Notes: generated by a model not told the origin, from the sequence alone. Positions 10,725 through 20,341 are shown, counted from the first letter of the stretch. The stretch is 64,000 bases of DNA from an uncultured Alphaproteobacteria bacterium (GCA_902628835.1 CACOPD010000002.1:16218-80217); one strand, 5' to 3'. Made by a program: numbers and translations.

Positions 10725-12020
10725 GTGAAAGAAAAAATAGCAATTATTGGTTCTGGTATTTCAGGAATAAGCGCAGCATACCTATTGTCTTCTAAATATG
10801 ATGTTTATTTATTTGAAAAAAATAATAGATTGGGAGGGCATACAAGAACTATTTATGTTGAAGAATTTACAAAGACAATTCCAGTCGATACAGGATTTAT
10901 TGTATTCAATGAAAAAAATTATCCAGATTTAACAAATTTTTTTAAATTACTTAATGTGAAATGCAAAAACTCAGATATGTCTTTTGCCGTCTCAAATCAA
11001 GAACCTCTAATTGAATACAGCGGTAAAAACATCTTTTCTCTTTTTGCTAATTTTAGAAATCTGTTTTCTCTAAATTTTTATAAAATGTTATTTGAAATAA
11101 GAAAACTTTATTTGTTATGCAATAACTTGAATGTCCGTGATCTAGATCAAACTAAAACTTTAAATGATTTTTTAAAAACTAATAATTTTTCAACATATTT
11201 AATAAATTATCATATTTTACCAATGATTTCTTCTATATGGTCAAGCAATATAAGTGATGTAAAAAATTTTCCTCTTATAACGTTTATAAATTTTTTTAAA
11301 AATCATGCTTTATTTAATTTAAAAAAAAGACCTCAATGGAAATACGTAGAAGGTGGAAGTAACGAGTATATAAAAAAAATTATTAATAAAAATGTTTTCA
11401 GATATAAAACAAACTTCAAAATTAAAAAAATTCTCAGAGAAAATAATAATATTAAAATAGAAGACAATAAAAATAATATATTGGAATTTAATAAATTAAT
11501 TTTAGCAACCCATGCCAATCAAGTATTGGATATTTTAGAAAAACCGACAAAAGAAGAATTAAATATATTTTCACAATTTAAATATTCAACTAACTCAGCA
11601 ATACTTCACTTGGATCAATCTTTAATGCCTAAATCAAAAATTGCTTGGTCAAGTTGGAACTTTCTAAATAAATCATCATCTTCAAAATTTACTTTAACTT
11701 ATTGGATGAATCTCCTGCAAAAATTACCAACTAAACAAAATTATTATGTTACCGTTAATCCTTATAAAAGACCTAAAAATATTATTAATGAAACAACATT
11801 TGACCATCCAATATATACTACAGGCACTATTTTAGCTCAAAAAAGTGTTATGGAAATTCAAGGAAATAATAACACTTTTTTCTGTGGAGCTTACCTTGGA
11901 TACGGTTTTCATGAAGATGGCATTCAATCATCTTCTTATGTTTGTAAATTATTGAATTGTGATTTACCTTGGAAGAGAGATAAAAATTTTTATAATAGAC
12001 TGCAAGTTAATTTTGAATGA
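10725..12020 (+). CDS. FAD-dependent oxidoreductase (amine-oxidase / phytoene-desaturase-like)
   Basis: 431 aa with a GTG start 1 nt after the phr stop. The N-terminal dinucleotide motif is IAIIGSGISGISAAYLL...EKNNRLGGHT. Confidence 0.8.
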   Translation: MKEKIAIIGSGISGISAAYLLSSKYDVYLFEKNNRLGGHTRTIYVEEFTKTIPVDTGFIVFNEKNYPDLTNFFKLLNVKCKNSDMSFAVSNQEPLIEYSGKNIFSLFANFRNLFSLNFYKMLFEIRKLYLLCNNLNVRDLDQTKTLNDFLKTNNFSTYLINYHILPMISSIWSSNISDVKNFPLITFINFFKNHALFNLKKRPQWKYVEGGSNEYIKKIINKNVFRYKTNFKIKKILRENNNIKIEDNKNNILEFNKLILATHANQVLDILEKPTKEELNIFSQFKYSTNSAILHLDQSLMPKSKIAWSSWNFLNKSSSSKFTLTYWMNLLQKLPTKQNYYVTVNPYKRPKNIINETTFDHPIYTTGTILAQKSVMEIQGNNNTFFCGAYLGYGFHEDGIQSSSYVCKLLNCDLPWKRDKNFYNRLQVNFE

Positions 12021-12790
12021 TTTCTCAAATATTATTATCTAGTATTGTACATAAAAGATTTATTCCATTTAAACACACATTAAAATATGAAGTACCAAGT
12101 CTCTTTATTAATTTGGATAATCTTGAACAATTAAGTAAAAACTATAAATTTTTTTCTTTAAACTCTTTTAATCTTTTTTCTATTTATGAAAATGATCATG
12201 GATATAGAGATAAAAGATCAATAAAAAGGTTCGTTAAAGACTCTCTTTCTAAATTTAATATAAAATATAAAAATCTTAATATAATGATATTATGTTTTCC
12301 AAGAATACTTGGGTATGTGTTTGATCCTTTATCAATTATCTATTGTTATGATGATAAAAAGTTAATATCTATTTTTTATGAAGTAAAAAATACGACTAAT
12401 GAACAACACACATATATTTTTAAAGGTAATGTAAATTTTGAAAATTTTAAATTATCTCATGAATGTGCTAAACAGTTTTATGTATCTCCATTCATAGAAA
12501 TGGAGGCAAATTATAAATTTTTTAATAGAATGCAAAAAGATAAAATAAATATTAATATAGATCTTTATGATAAAAATAACAAAAAAGTTTTAACAGCCTC
12601 TCAGCATGGTAAATTTACAGATTTTAACTCAAAAAATATGCTTAAATTTTTATATTATAATCCACTTTTAGGTTTTAAGGTAATGGCAGGAATTCTTTAT
12701 GAGGCTTTAAAAATAATTTATAAAGGTGGTAAATATTATGCACGAAAAAAGAAACCAAATGATACAGTGAGTTTTGAAGGTAATTTTTAA
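12017..12790 (+). CDS. DUF1365 family protein
   Basis: 257 aa with an ATGA overlap onto the upstream oxidoreductase. It occupies the position typical of DUF1365, between the FAD oxidoreductase and the CFA-synthase-like gene. The family call rests on context and general sequence pattern. Confidence 0.65.
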   Translation: MISQILLSSIVHKRFIPFKHTLKYEVPSLFINLDNLEQLSKNYKFFSLNSFNLFSIYENDHGYRDKRSIKRFVKDSLSKFNIKYKNLNIMILCFPRILGYVFDPLSIIYCYDDKKLISIFYEVKNTTNEQHTYIFKGNVNFENFKLSHECAKQFYVSPFIEMEANYKFFNRMQKDKININIDLYDKNNKKVLTASQHGKFTDFNSKNMLKFLYYNPLLGFKVMAGILYEALKIIYKGGKYYARKKKPNDTVSFEGNF

Positions 12791-13984
12791 ATGAATTTTT
12801 TTAAAACAAATTTTGATAAAACTGTCGAAAAATTATTAGTAAACTTTTTATCAAAAATTCGATATGGCAGTTTAACAGTTCAATTTCCCACTGGTGAGGA
12901 AAGAGTTTTTGTTGGAAAAGACGAGGATATATCTGCAAGTATCAAAATTAATAATTACAATTTTCTAAAATTAATTTTTAAAAAAGGTTCTGTAGGTTTT
13001 GCAGAAGCTTATATGAATGGTTACTTCTCAAGCCCAGATTTAACAAATTTATTACTACTTTCTCACAAAAATGAGAGTTATTTTTTACAGAGTATAAACA
13101 CTAATCCTTTTTTTGTAACCTTTGCCAAACTAAAACATTTTTTAAATAACAATTCAAAATCACAAAGTAAAAAAAATATAAAATATCATTATGATTTAGG
13201 AAATAATTTTTACGAAAAGTGGTTAGATAAAACCATGACCTATTCTTCAGCTCTTTTTGATAATAAGAATACAAATTTATCGGATGCACAATTTAACAAA
13301 TATAGAAAAATTGCTGAAACATTATCATTAGGATCAAATTCTAAAACTTTAGAAATTGGATGTGGATGGGGTGGTTTTTCAACTTTTGTAGCGAAAAATT
13401 ATAATTGTTCAGTTGATGCTATAACAATTTCAAAGGAACAATACGAATATGCCTCTGAAAAAATTTATAATGAAGGCTTGTCTGACAAAGTATCAGTTAT
13501 ATTTTCGGATTATAGAGATATAAAGAAAAAATATTCTAATATTGTTTCAATTGAAATGTTTGAAGCAGTTGGAAAGAAATACTGGCATAATTACTTTGAT
13601 ACAATTCGCAATTCTCTCAACGATGGTGGTATGGCTGCACTACAAGTCATAACAATTGATGAAAAAAAGGCTAAAGATTATCAAAACAGACCAGATTTTA
13701 TTCAACAATATATTTTTCCAGGTGGAATGCTACCTACTAAAAAACAATTTGAATATTCAGCAAAGCAGATGGGATTAAAATGTATTGAAAATTTAAGTTT
13801 TGGTGGTTCTTATGCAAAAACACTGAAAATGTGGAATAAAGAATTTCAAAAATCTTGGAATGATTTATCAAAGTTTGGCTTTGATATTAAATTTAAGAGA
13901 ATGTGGGAATTTTATTTATCTTATTGTGAAACAGGTTTTTCAAATAGTTCTACTGATGTTTCTCATTTTTTAATTCAAAAATAG
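12791..13984 (+). CDS. Cyclopropane-fatty-acyl-phospholipid synthase family SAM-dependent methyltransferase
   Basis: 397 aa with the SAM motif I TLEIGCGWGGFSTFVAK. It is CFA-synthase-like over its length, and its start abuts the upstream stop. Confidence 0.85.
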   Translation: MNFFKTNFDKTVEKLLVNFLSKIRYGSLTVQFPTGEERVFVGKDEDISASIKINNYNFLKLIFKKGSVGFAEAYMNGYFSSPDLTNLLLLSHKNESYFLQSINTNPFFVTFAKLKHFLNNNSKSQSKKNIKYHYDLGNNFYEKWLDKTMTYSSALFDNKNTNLSDAQFNKYRKIAETLSLGSNSKTLEIGCGWGGFSTFVAKNYNCSVDAITISKEQYEYASEKIYNEGLSDKVSVIFSDYRDIKKKYSNIVSIEMFEAVGKKYWHNYFDTIRNSLNDGGMAALQVITIDEKKAKDYQNRPDFIQQYIFPGGMLPTKKQFEYSAKQMGLKCIENLSFGGSYAKTLKMWNKEFQKSWNDLSKFGFDIKFKRMWEFYLSYCETGFSNSSTDVSHFLIQK

Positions 13985-13986
13985 AA

Positions 13987-14499
13987 ATGCAAAAACTAAA
14001 AATATTTTTAGTCTTAACTGGCTATCAAATAACTTGGCTAGCCTGTGTATTTGGTGAAACAAAATTTTCTTATCCTATGCTGGGCACCTGGGTTGGAATT
14101 ACTTTCCTACTAACTTATTTTTATTATAATCAAAATAGACAAAAATTTATTAAGGTTTCACTTTTGATTGCAGTTCCAGGATATATTTTTGATACTTTAT
14201 TAGTTTATTTCCAAATATACGATTTTGAAACTATAACTAAACTTGGTACCTTGCCATTGTGGATGATCATTTTATGGTTAAGCTTTAGTACTCTTTTTGA
14301 TGAAATTCTTACTTTTTTTAAAAGTTATAAAATTCTAGGAATAATTTTAAGTGGAGTTTTAGGACCTTTAACCTATTATCTTGGGGAGCCCATAGGAGTT
14401 ATAAAAATATATAACTTTCAGGTTTTTATTATTTCAATGATATTATTTTGGATGATCTTGATGATCTACTATCTAAATTACGTTTTAAAAAATTATTAG
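13987..14499 (+). CDS. Small polytopic membrane protein (DUF2878-like)
   Basis: 170 aa with about 5 hydrophobic segments, starting 2 nt after the cfa-like stop. The family assignment comes from context. Confidence 0.5.
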   Translation: MQKLKIFLVLTGYQITWLACVFGETKFSYPMLGTWVGITFLLTYFYYNQNRQKFIKVSLLIAVPGYIFDTLLVYFQIYDFETITKLGTLPLWMIILWLSFSTLFDEILTFFKSYKILGIILSGVLGPLTYYLGEPIGVIKIYNFQVFIISMILFWMILMIYYLNYVLKNY

Positions 14500-15038
14500 T
14501 TATCCTGATCTACTTTTTTTGTTCTAGTTCTATTTAAAGTTCTTTCGAGATCCTTGTAAGTACACAAACCTACGTCCATTGGACTCTTTGCTTCAAGAAC
14601 TGCCTCTCTGTATGTACCATTTCTTATAGCCTCTACCGTATTTTTTGTTGAGCCGGTAAGTTTTGCAATTTGAGAACTACTTAATTCAGTCGGATATCTT
14701 TTGATAAGCCACAAAATAGCATACGGCTTTTCTTGTCTTAAAGAAAGGGGAGTGTATTTAGAGTCTTTTTTTCTTGGAGGTAAATCCTCTATTACATCAG
14801 ATTTAATTAGATTCAAACGAGCTGCATTATCTTTTTCGCATCTTTCAATTTCTTCTTTTGTTAATTGGTTATTATCAATAGGATCATAACCTCTCATACC
14901 GACAGCAACTTCTCCATCAGCTATTCCTTGAACCTCTAATTCATGTAATCCACAAAATTCTGCTATTTGATCAAATGTTAAAGCTGTATTTTCTACTAAC
15001 CATATCGCTGTAGCTTTTGGCATTAAAGGGTATTTCAT
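14496..15038 (-). CDS. DUF1013 family protein (conserved in alphaproteobacteria)
   Basis: The motif PLMPKATAIWLVENTALTFDQIAEFCGLHELEVQGIADGEVA is typical of DUF1013. The ORF track starts at 15062, but homologs begin near MKYPLMPKA, so the ATG at 15038 is preferred. Confidence 0.65.
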   Translation of the reverse strand: MKYPLMPKATAIWLVENTALTFDQIAEFCGLHELEVQGIADGEVAVGMRGYDPIDNNQLTKEEIERCEKDNAARLNLIKSDVIEDLPPRKKDSKYTPLSLRQEKPYAILWLIKRYPTELSSSQIAKLTGSTKNTVEAIRNGTYREAVLEAKSPMDVGLCTYKDLERTLNRTRTKKVDQDN

Positions 15039-15082
15039 AATTGGCTCATATAATATAATCAAAAAATAATATATAACAAAAT

Positions 15083-15271
15083 ATGACTATGACAGATTTT
15101 TTTGAAGTTGATGAAAAACAAAAGACGGTTAAAATATTAAATTTGGATGATTTCAGTATTGAGGATTTACAAAACTATATTTCTGAACTTCAAAGTGAAA
15201 TATTAAGAGTTCAAGATGAGATAAAAAAGAAAGAAAATTTAAAACTCAATGCTGAAAAGTTTTTTAAATAA
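15083..15271 (+). CDS. DUF1192-like small coiled-coil protein
   Basis: 62 aa. The pattern LSIEDLQNYISELQSEILRVQDEIKKKENLKLNAEKFF matches the DUF1192 pattern found in alphaproteobacteria. Confidence 0.55.
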   Translation: MTMTDFFEVDEKQKTVKILNLDDFSIEDLQNYISELQSEILRVQDEIKKKENLKLNAEKFFK

Positions 15272-15499
15272 TTATTTATTAATTTTTAGACCTTTAAATC
15301 TTTTTTGGAATCTAGCTACTTGTCCTTCAGATTCATTAAGACCTGCTTTACCACCTGTCCATGCAGGGTGAGATTTAGAGTCAATTTCTAGTTTAAGAGT
15401 ATCACCTTCTTTACCCCAAGTAGATCTAGTTTTAAAAGTAGATCCATCAGTCATAACGACGTTTATTTCATGATATTTAGGATGTATATCTTTTTTCAT
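15272..15499 (-). CDS. rpmE: 50S ribosomal protein L31 (Cys-less alphaproteobacterial form)
   Basis: [50 protein letters not shown]. Confidence 0.9.
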   Translation of the reverse strand: MKKDIHPKYHEINVVMTDGSTFKTRSTWGKEGDTLKLEIDSKSHPAWTGGKAGLNESEGQVARFQKRFKGLKINK

Positions 15500-15523
15500 G
15501 ATTGTCTTATATTTATATAGATT

Positions 15524-16300
15524 TCAAAGTAAAGTAAGTTTTTGAATTAATTCATTATGAATTTTATTATTTGAAGCAACTAAATCACGAGAATTTGTTT
15601 CCCATATATTTCCATCCATCTTTGAAATTTTTCCGCCAGCTTCTTTAACTAATAGAATACCTGTTGAAACATCCCATAAATTTAGATCTTTTTCCCAAAA
15701 ACCATCTAATTTACCAGACGCAACATAAGCCAGATCAAGGCCTGCAGAACCTAATCTTCTTATTCCTGCAGAGGATTTTAGTATTTCATCGACCTCACTT
15801 AAATAGTTTTTGTAAATTCTCTCTCCAAAAGGAAGACCCGTACCTATCAAGCAATCTGAAAAAATTTGTCTGTTTGATACTCGAAGTCTACTATTATTAC
15901 ACCATGAACCTTTACCTTTTGAACTCCAAAAAAATTCATTTAAAATAGGGTTGTAAATCACACCATCCGTGATTTCATTATTTGTCATTTTAGCAACAAT
16001 TATTCCAACATGAGGTATTCCGTGAATAAAATTTGATGTTCCATCAATTGGATCAATAATAATTGTGTTTTCATCACCTTTAATTTCACCGCTTTCTTCA
16101 GTTACGTAAGTATAATCTGGATAATAATATTTTAAAGTTTCTAAAAGCGTTTTTTCTACTTTTATGTCTGCATTTGTTACGAAATCTCCAACTGTTTTAG
16201 ATTGTATTTGTAAATTTTCTAATTCTCCAAAATCTCTTAATAATATTTTGCCAGCTTTTTTTACTGCTTTTTCAAAAATATTAATTACTGCAGGTTGCAT
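15524..16300 (-). CDS. suhB: Inositol monophosphatase family protein
   Basis: 258 aa with the motifs IIDPIDGTSNF and WDVSTGILLVKEAGG. Confidence 0.85.
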   Translation of the reverse strand: MQPAVINIFEKAVKKAGKILLRDFGELENLQIQSKTVGDFVTNADIKVEKTLLETLKYYYPDYTYVTEESGEIKGDENTIIIDPIDGTSNFIHGIPHVGIIVAKMTNNEITDGVIYNPILNEFFWSSKGKGSWCNNSRLRVSNRQIFSDCLIGTGLPFGERIYKNYLSEVDEILKSSAGIRRLGSAGLDLAYVASGKLDGFWEKDLNLWDVSTGILLVKEAGGKISKMDGNIWETNSRDLVASNNKIHNELIQKLTLL

Positions 16301-16869
16301 TAATTTTTTGATTTTTCAATATAACTACCATCAATTGTACTGATTACTATTTTATCATTGACTGCAATAAACTGAGGCACAGATGTTTTAATATTCTTTT
16401 CTAAGGTAGCTGGTTTGTATGATGACGCAGCTGTTTGACCTTTTACAACACCTTCAGTTTCTACAACACTCAATACTACACTATCTGGTAAGTCAATTCC
16501 TACAGGTTTTTCATTATAGAAGTTAATAATGACATCGCTATTCTCAATTAAAAATTTTGATTGCTCTTCAGTTAGTATATCAGATCCAAGCTCTATTTGT
16601 TCGTAGGTTTGTTTATCCATAAATATAAAATTATTATTGTCCTCATAAAGATATTGGAATTCTTTTTCATCAAGGATAGCTCTTACAACTGTTTCTGATG
16701 ATCTAAACCTGCTATTCATTTTGGTGCCTTCTCTTATTTCTTTAAGTTCAGCCTGTAAGTATGCACCACCTTTACCTGGTTGAGTATGCTGAGTTTTCAA
16801 AACTTTCCAAAGTTTGTTATTAATTTCTAAAATATTTCCAACTTTAATTTCATTTCCATCTATTTTCAT
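16300..16869 (-). CDS. efp: Elongation factor P
   Basis: 189 aa with GNILEINNKLWKVLKTQHTQPGKGGAYLQAELK. It is EF-P-like over its full length. Confidence 0.95.
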   Translation of the reverse strand: MKIDGNEIKVGNILEINNKLWKVLKTQHTQPGKGGAYLQAELKEIREGTKMNSRFRSSETVVRAILDEKEFQYLYEDNNNFIFMDKQTYEQIELGSDILTEEQSKFLIENSDVIINFYNEKPVGIDLPDSVVLSVVETEGVVKGQTAASSYKPATLEKNIKTSVPQFIAVNDKIVISTIDGSYIEKSKN

Positions 16870-17264
16870 AATTTTATCTTTAATTTTTTTTGTATATTTT
16901 TAATTTTTGTAAGATCTACTACATCAAAAGTTGGATTTAATAAAACCTTATTTTGTTTAGCAATTTGATTAATTTTATTTAAGATTGTTTTATTATTTTT
17001 TAATTTTAAATAATCAATATTTTCGTGAGTTAATAATATACTAAGCCCTTGATCATAGCCTGAGTCGACATAAAACTTAATATTATGTGTCTTATATTTA
17101 TTTTGAAGTTGGTTTATTAATGTTCTAAGCCATTCTATTCCAAACCCTTTAATTAAAAAATACTTTATAAATATGATTGAAGTTTTGAACTTTGATTTTC
17201 TAAATTCTATTAAATTTTCAATTTGTGTTAGTGTTGATACTGCAAAACAAATTTTTTTAGGCAC
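16866..17264 (-). CDS. Hypothetical protein (no family recognised)
   Basis: 132 aa with a GTG start sharing 1 nt with the gap stop (TAGTG) and a 4-nt overlap with the efp start. There is no internal Met. The coding call rests on ORF length and tight operon packing. Confidence 0.4.
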   Translation of the reverse strand: MPKKICFAVSTLTQIENLIEFRKSKFKTSIIFIKYFLIKGFGIEWLRTLINQLQNKYKTHNIKFYVDSGYDQGLSILLTHENIDYLKLKNNKTILNKINQIAKQNKVLLNPTFDVVDLTKIKNIQKKLKIKL

Positions 17265-18268
17265 TAAACAAATTTTTTAAGATCAACCATCGTGTCTATC
17301 ATTCTATTTGAAAATCCCCATTCATTATCATACCACGATAAAACTCTACAAAATTTATCTTTGACAACTTGTGTTTGACTCATATCAAACACAGAACTGC
17401 TTGAATTATGATTAAAATCAATTGAAACTAGAGGTAATGAGTTTGTTGTTAGAATTCCATTTAATTTTTTAGTTTTTGAAGCTTGCAGAATTAAAGAATT
17501 AATTTTTTCTGGATTAGTTTTTTTCTTACTTACAAATGTAAGATCTATAAGTGAAACATTAGGAGTGGGCACTCGAATAGCTGTTCCATCTAGCTTACCT
17601 TTTAATTTTGGTAAGACTAGACTCAAAGCCTTTGCTGCTCCTGTAGAAGTTGGAATCATTGACTCAGCTGCAGCCCTTGCTCTTCTCAAGTCTGAATGGG
17701 TTTGATCAACAGTTCTTTGATCACCAGTGTAACTGTGAATTGTTGTCATGAAACCACTTTCAATTCCCAACTTTTCATCAAGAACCATAGCTAAAGGAGC
17801 TAGACAATTAGTAGTGCAAGATCCGTTTGAAATTACGTTATGATTGTTTTTAATAGTATGGTTATTTACCCCTTGAACAATTGTTGCATCTACATTGTTA
17901 GCTGGCGCAGAAATAATAACTTTTTTTGCTCCTGCATATAAATGAGAAATTGCTTTTTCTTTTGAAGTAAAAACACCACTACATTCAAGAACGACATCAA
18001 CCTTAAGAGATTTCCAAGGAAGGTTATTTGGATCTCTTTCAGAATAAAAATTAATTTTATGTTTTCCAATTTTTAATCCATTTTTAATTGAACTAATCTG
18101 ATCCTTAAGAATACCATGTACACTGTCGTATTTAAGTAAGTGAGCACTGCTTTGAACACTGCCTAGTTCATTAATAGCAACAATATTAATATCTTTAGGA
18201 TTTTTTTCTAATAATGCTCTAAAAACAAGTTTTCCAATTCTTCCAAATCCATTTATTGCTACTTTCAT
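17264..18268 (-). CDS. gap: Glyceraldehyde-3-phosphate dehydrogenase
   Basis: 334 aa with NGFGRIGK and the active-site motif SNGSCTTNCLAP. Confidence 0.95.
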   Translation of the reverse strand: MKVAINGFGRIGKLVFRALLEKNPKDINIVAINELGSVQSSAHLLKYDSVHGILKDQISSIKNGLKIGKHKINFYSERDPNNLPWKSLKVDVVLECSGVFTSKEKAISHLYAGAKKVIISAPANNVDATIVQGVNNHTIKNNHNVISNGSCTTNCLAPLAMVLDEKLGIESGFMTTIHSYTGDQRTVDQTHSDLRRARAAAESMIPTSTGAAKALSLVLPKLKGKLDGTAIRVPTPNVSLIDLTFVSKKKTNPEKINSLILQASKTKKLNGILTTNSLPLVSIDFNHNSSSSVFDMSQTQVVKDKFCRVLSWYDNEWGFSNRMIDTMVDLKKFV

Positions 18269-18279
18269 ATTTCTCCTAC

Positions 18280-20256
18280 TTATAAATTTTTAATGATTTT
18301 TTCAATTAAGTAATCGTCTATTATTTTAAAGTGTTTATATAAATCTTTATAAGGACCGCTTTCACCAAAAGTAGACATACCAACAAAATTTTCATCTTTA
18401 ATATATTTTTCCCATCCATTTATTACTCCAGCTTCAATAGCAAAAATAGGTTTATTACCTAAAATTTCATTTTTATAGCTATCATCATTTTTTTCAAACA
18501 ATTCAAATGAAGACATGCTTACAACTCTTATCTTTAAATTATTTTTTTCAAGAAGTTTATTTGATGCAGAGCAAGCAATCTCAACTTCAGAACCTGAAGA
18601 TAAAATTGTTGCATCATATTCGTTGAAATCTCTAATTTTATATGCACCTTTATTAACAAGATTTTCTTTTCGATTATCTTTTTGTAACATTGGTAGGTTT
18701 TGTCGTGTTAAAACTAAGATTGTAGGTCCAGTGTTATTTAAAGCACATTCCCATGCTTCTATAGTTTCAATGATATCACATGGCCTTATGACTGTTAAAT
18801 TTGGTATCGCCCGTAAAGATGCAAGATGTTCAACTGGTTGATGAGTTGGGCCGTCTTCTCCTAATCCTATTGAGTCATGTGTCATAACATAAATAACTGG
18901 TATATTCATAATCGCTGATAGCCTAATTGAAGGTCTGCAATAGTCGGTGAATACCAAAAATGTTCCTCCATATGGAATTAAACCTTTATGCAAGGCGATA
19001 CCATTCATTACTCCAGCCATTCCATGTTCTCTAATACCATAATGAACATAATTCCCATCAAAATTATCAGATGTAATTACATTCATATCTTTTGCTTTAG
19101 TGTTATTAGAGCCAGTAAGATCAGCAGATCCACCAATAAGATTTTTTTGATAGTTTGAAATTAAGTTTAACGTTATTTCACTCGATTTTCTCGATGCACA
19201 ATTTGTTTTTTCATTAAAATGTTCAGATTTTAATTCTTTAAATTTTTCTGGAAGTTTTGAATTAATTTTTTGATAATAATTATCTTTGAAATTGTTACTT
19301 TCAATTAATACTTTATTTTTTGATAACCATGAATTTCTTGATCTATCATTTCTTTTATAGAAATTTCTCCACTCATGTAATAAATCATCTGGAATTTCGA
19401 ATGGCAAATAATTCCATTCTAATTTTTTTCTCGTTAAACTAATTTCATCTTCACCAAGAGGCGAACCATGTGATGAAGCTAAACCCTCTTTGTTTGGAGA
19501 GCCGAAACCAATTTTAGTTTTACAAGATATAATTGTTGGTGCATCATTATCTTTTGCTTGAATTATAGCTTGGTCAATTTCTTCATAGTTATGACCATCT
19601 ATTTCTATTATATTCCAATTATAAGCTTCAAATCTTTTGTTCACATCGTCTGAAACTGAAAGTTCAGTTGATCCATCAATAGAAATAGAATTGTTGTCGA
19701 AAAACATAATAAGCTTATTTAATTTTAAATGCCCTGCTAGACTACACGCTTCATGGCTTAAACCTTCCATCAAGCATCCATCTCCTGCAAAAACATAGGT
19801 GTGATGATCAATTAATTCTTTTCCATAATTATTTGACAGTTTTTTTTCTGCCAACGCCATTCCAACTGCATTTGCTAAACCTTGAGATAAAGGACCGGTG
19901 GTTGTTTCTATTCCTTCTGCACTTCCGTATTCTGGGTGACCTGCAGTTTTATTATGCAATTGTCTAAAATTTTTAATTTGGTTTATGTCAATGTCTTTAT
20001 AGCCTGTTAGATATAAACAGGAGTATAAAAGCATCGAGCCATGTCCATTTGAGATAATTAATCTATCTCTATCAATCCAATTTGGGTCATTCGGATCAAA
20101 CTTTAAATGATTTTTATAAAGAACTGTTGCGATATCAGCCATACCCATTGGCATACCAGGATGACCAGACTTTGCTTTTTCCACTGCATCCATTGATAAA
20201 AATCTAATACAATTTGATAATTGTCTTAGATTTTTGATATTATTTAAATTATTCAA
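18280..20256 (-). CDS. tkt: Transketolase
   Basis: 658 aa with GHPGMPMGMADIA and the ThDP motif GDGCLMEG. Confidence 0.95.
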   Translation of the reverse strand: MNNLNNIKNLRQLSNCIRFLSMDAVEKAKSGHPGMPMGMADIATVLYKNHLKFDPNDPNWIDRDRLIISNGHGSMLLYSCLYLTGYKDIDINQIKNFRQLHNKTAGHPEYGSAEGIETTTGPLSQGLANAVGMALAEKKLSNNYGKELIDHHTYVFAGDGCLMEGLSHEACSLAGHLKLNKLIMFFDNNSISIDGSTELSVSDDVNKRFEAYNWNIIEIDGHNYEEIDQAIIQAKDNDAPTIISCKTKIGFGSPNKEGLASSHGSPLGEDEISLTRKKLEWNYLPFEIPDDLLHEWRNFYKRNDRSRNSWLSKNKVLIESNNFKDNYYQKINSKLPEKFKELKSEHFNEKTNCASRKSSEITLNLISNYQKNLIGGSADLTGSNNTKAKDMNVITSDNFDGNYVHYGIREHGMAGVMNGIALHKGLIPYGGTFLVFTDYCRPSIRLSAIMNIPVIYVMTHDSIGLGEDGPTHQPVEHLASLRAIPNLTVIRPCDIIETIEAWECALNNTGPTILVLTRQNLPMLQKDNRKENLVNKGAYKIRDFNEYDATILSSGSEVEIACSASNKLLEKNNLKIRVVSMSSFELFEKNDDSYKNEILGNKPIFAIEAGVINGWEKYIKDENFVGMSTFGESGPYKDLYKHFKIIDDYLIEKIIKNL

Positions 20257-20341
20257 ATACTTACCTTTATGGTTAATGTAAAATTATTTAATATGGGTTC
20301 ATTACCGTGACAATTATAAAATTACAAACTATAAAATTATA

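Noticed and set aside
9061-15499. Cys-less forms of ribosomal proteins L33 (9061-9255) and L31 (15272-15499), considered as a zinc-sparing adaptation.
   Set aside because: As far as I recall, the Cys-less forms with these same motifs (KYDPVxKKHV; [14 protein letters not shown]...SHPAWTGG) are the standard alphaproteobacterial versions. This is lineage-typical rather than a special adaptation.
20315-20339. A direct repeat TATAAAATTA occurs twice, 15 nt apart, just upstream of the DUF4164-like/zapA genes.
   Set aside because: It is a short AT-only repeat in AT-rich DNA adjacent to a start codon. It most likely reflects -10-like or UP-element composition rather than a specific site.
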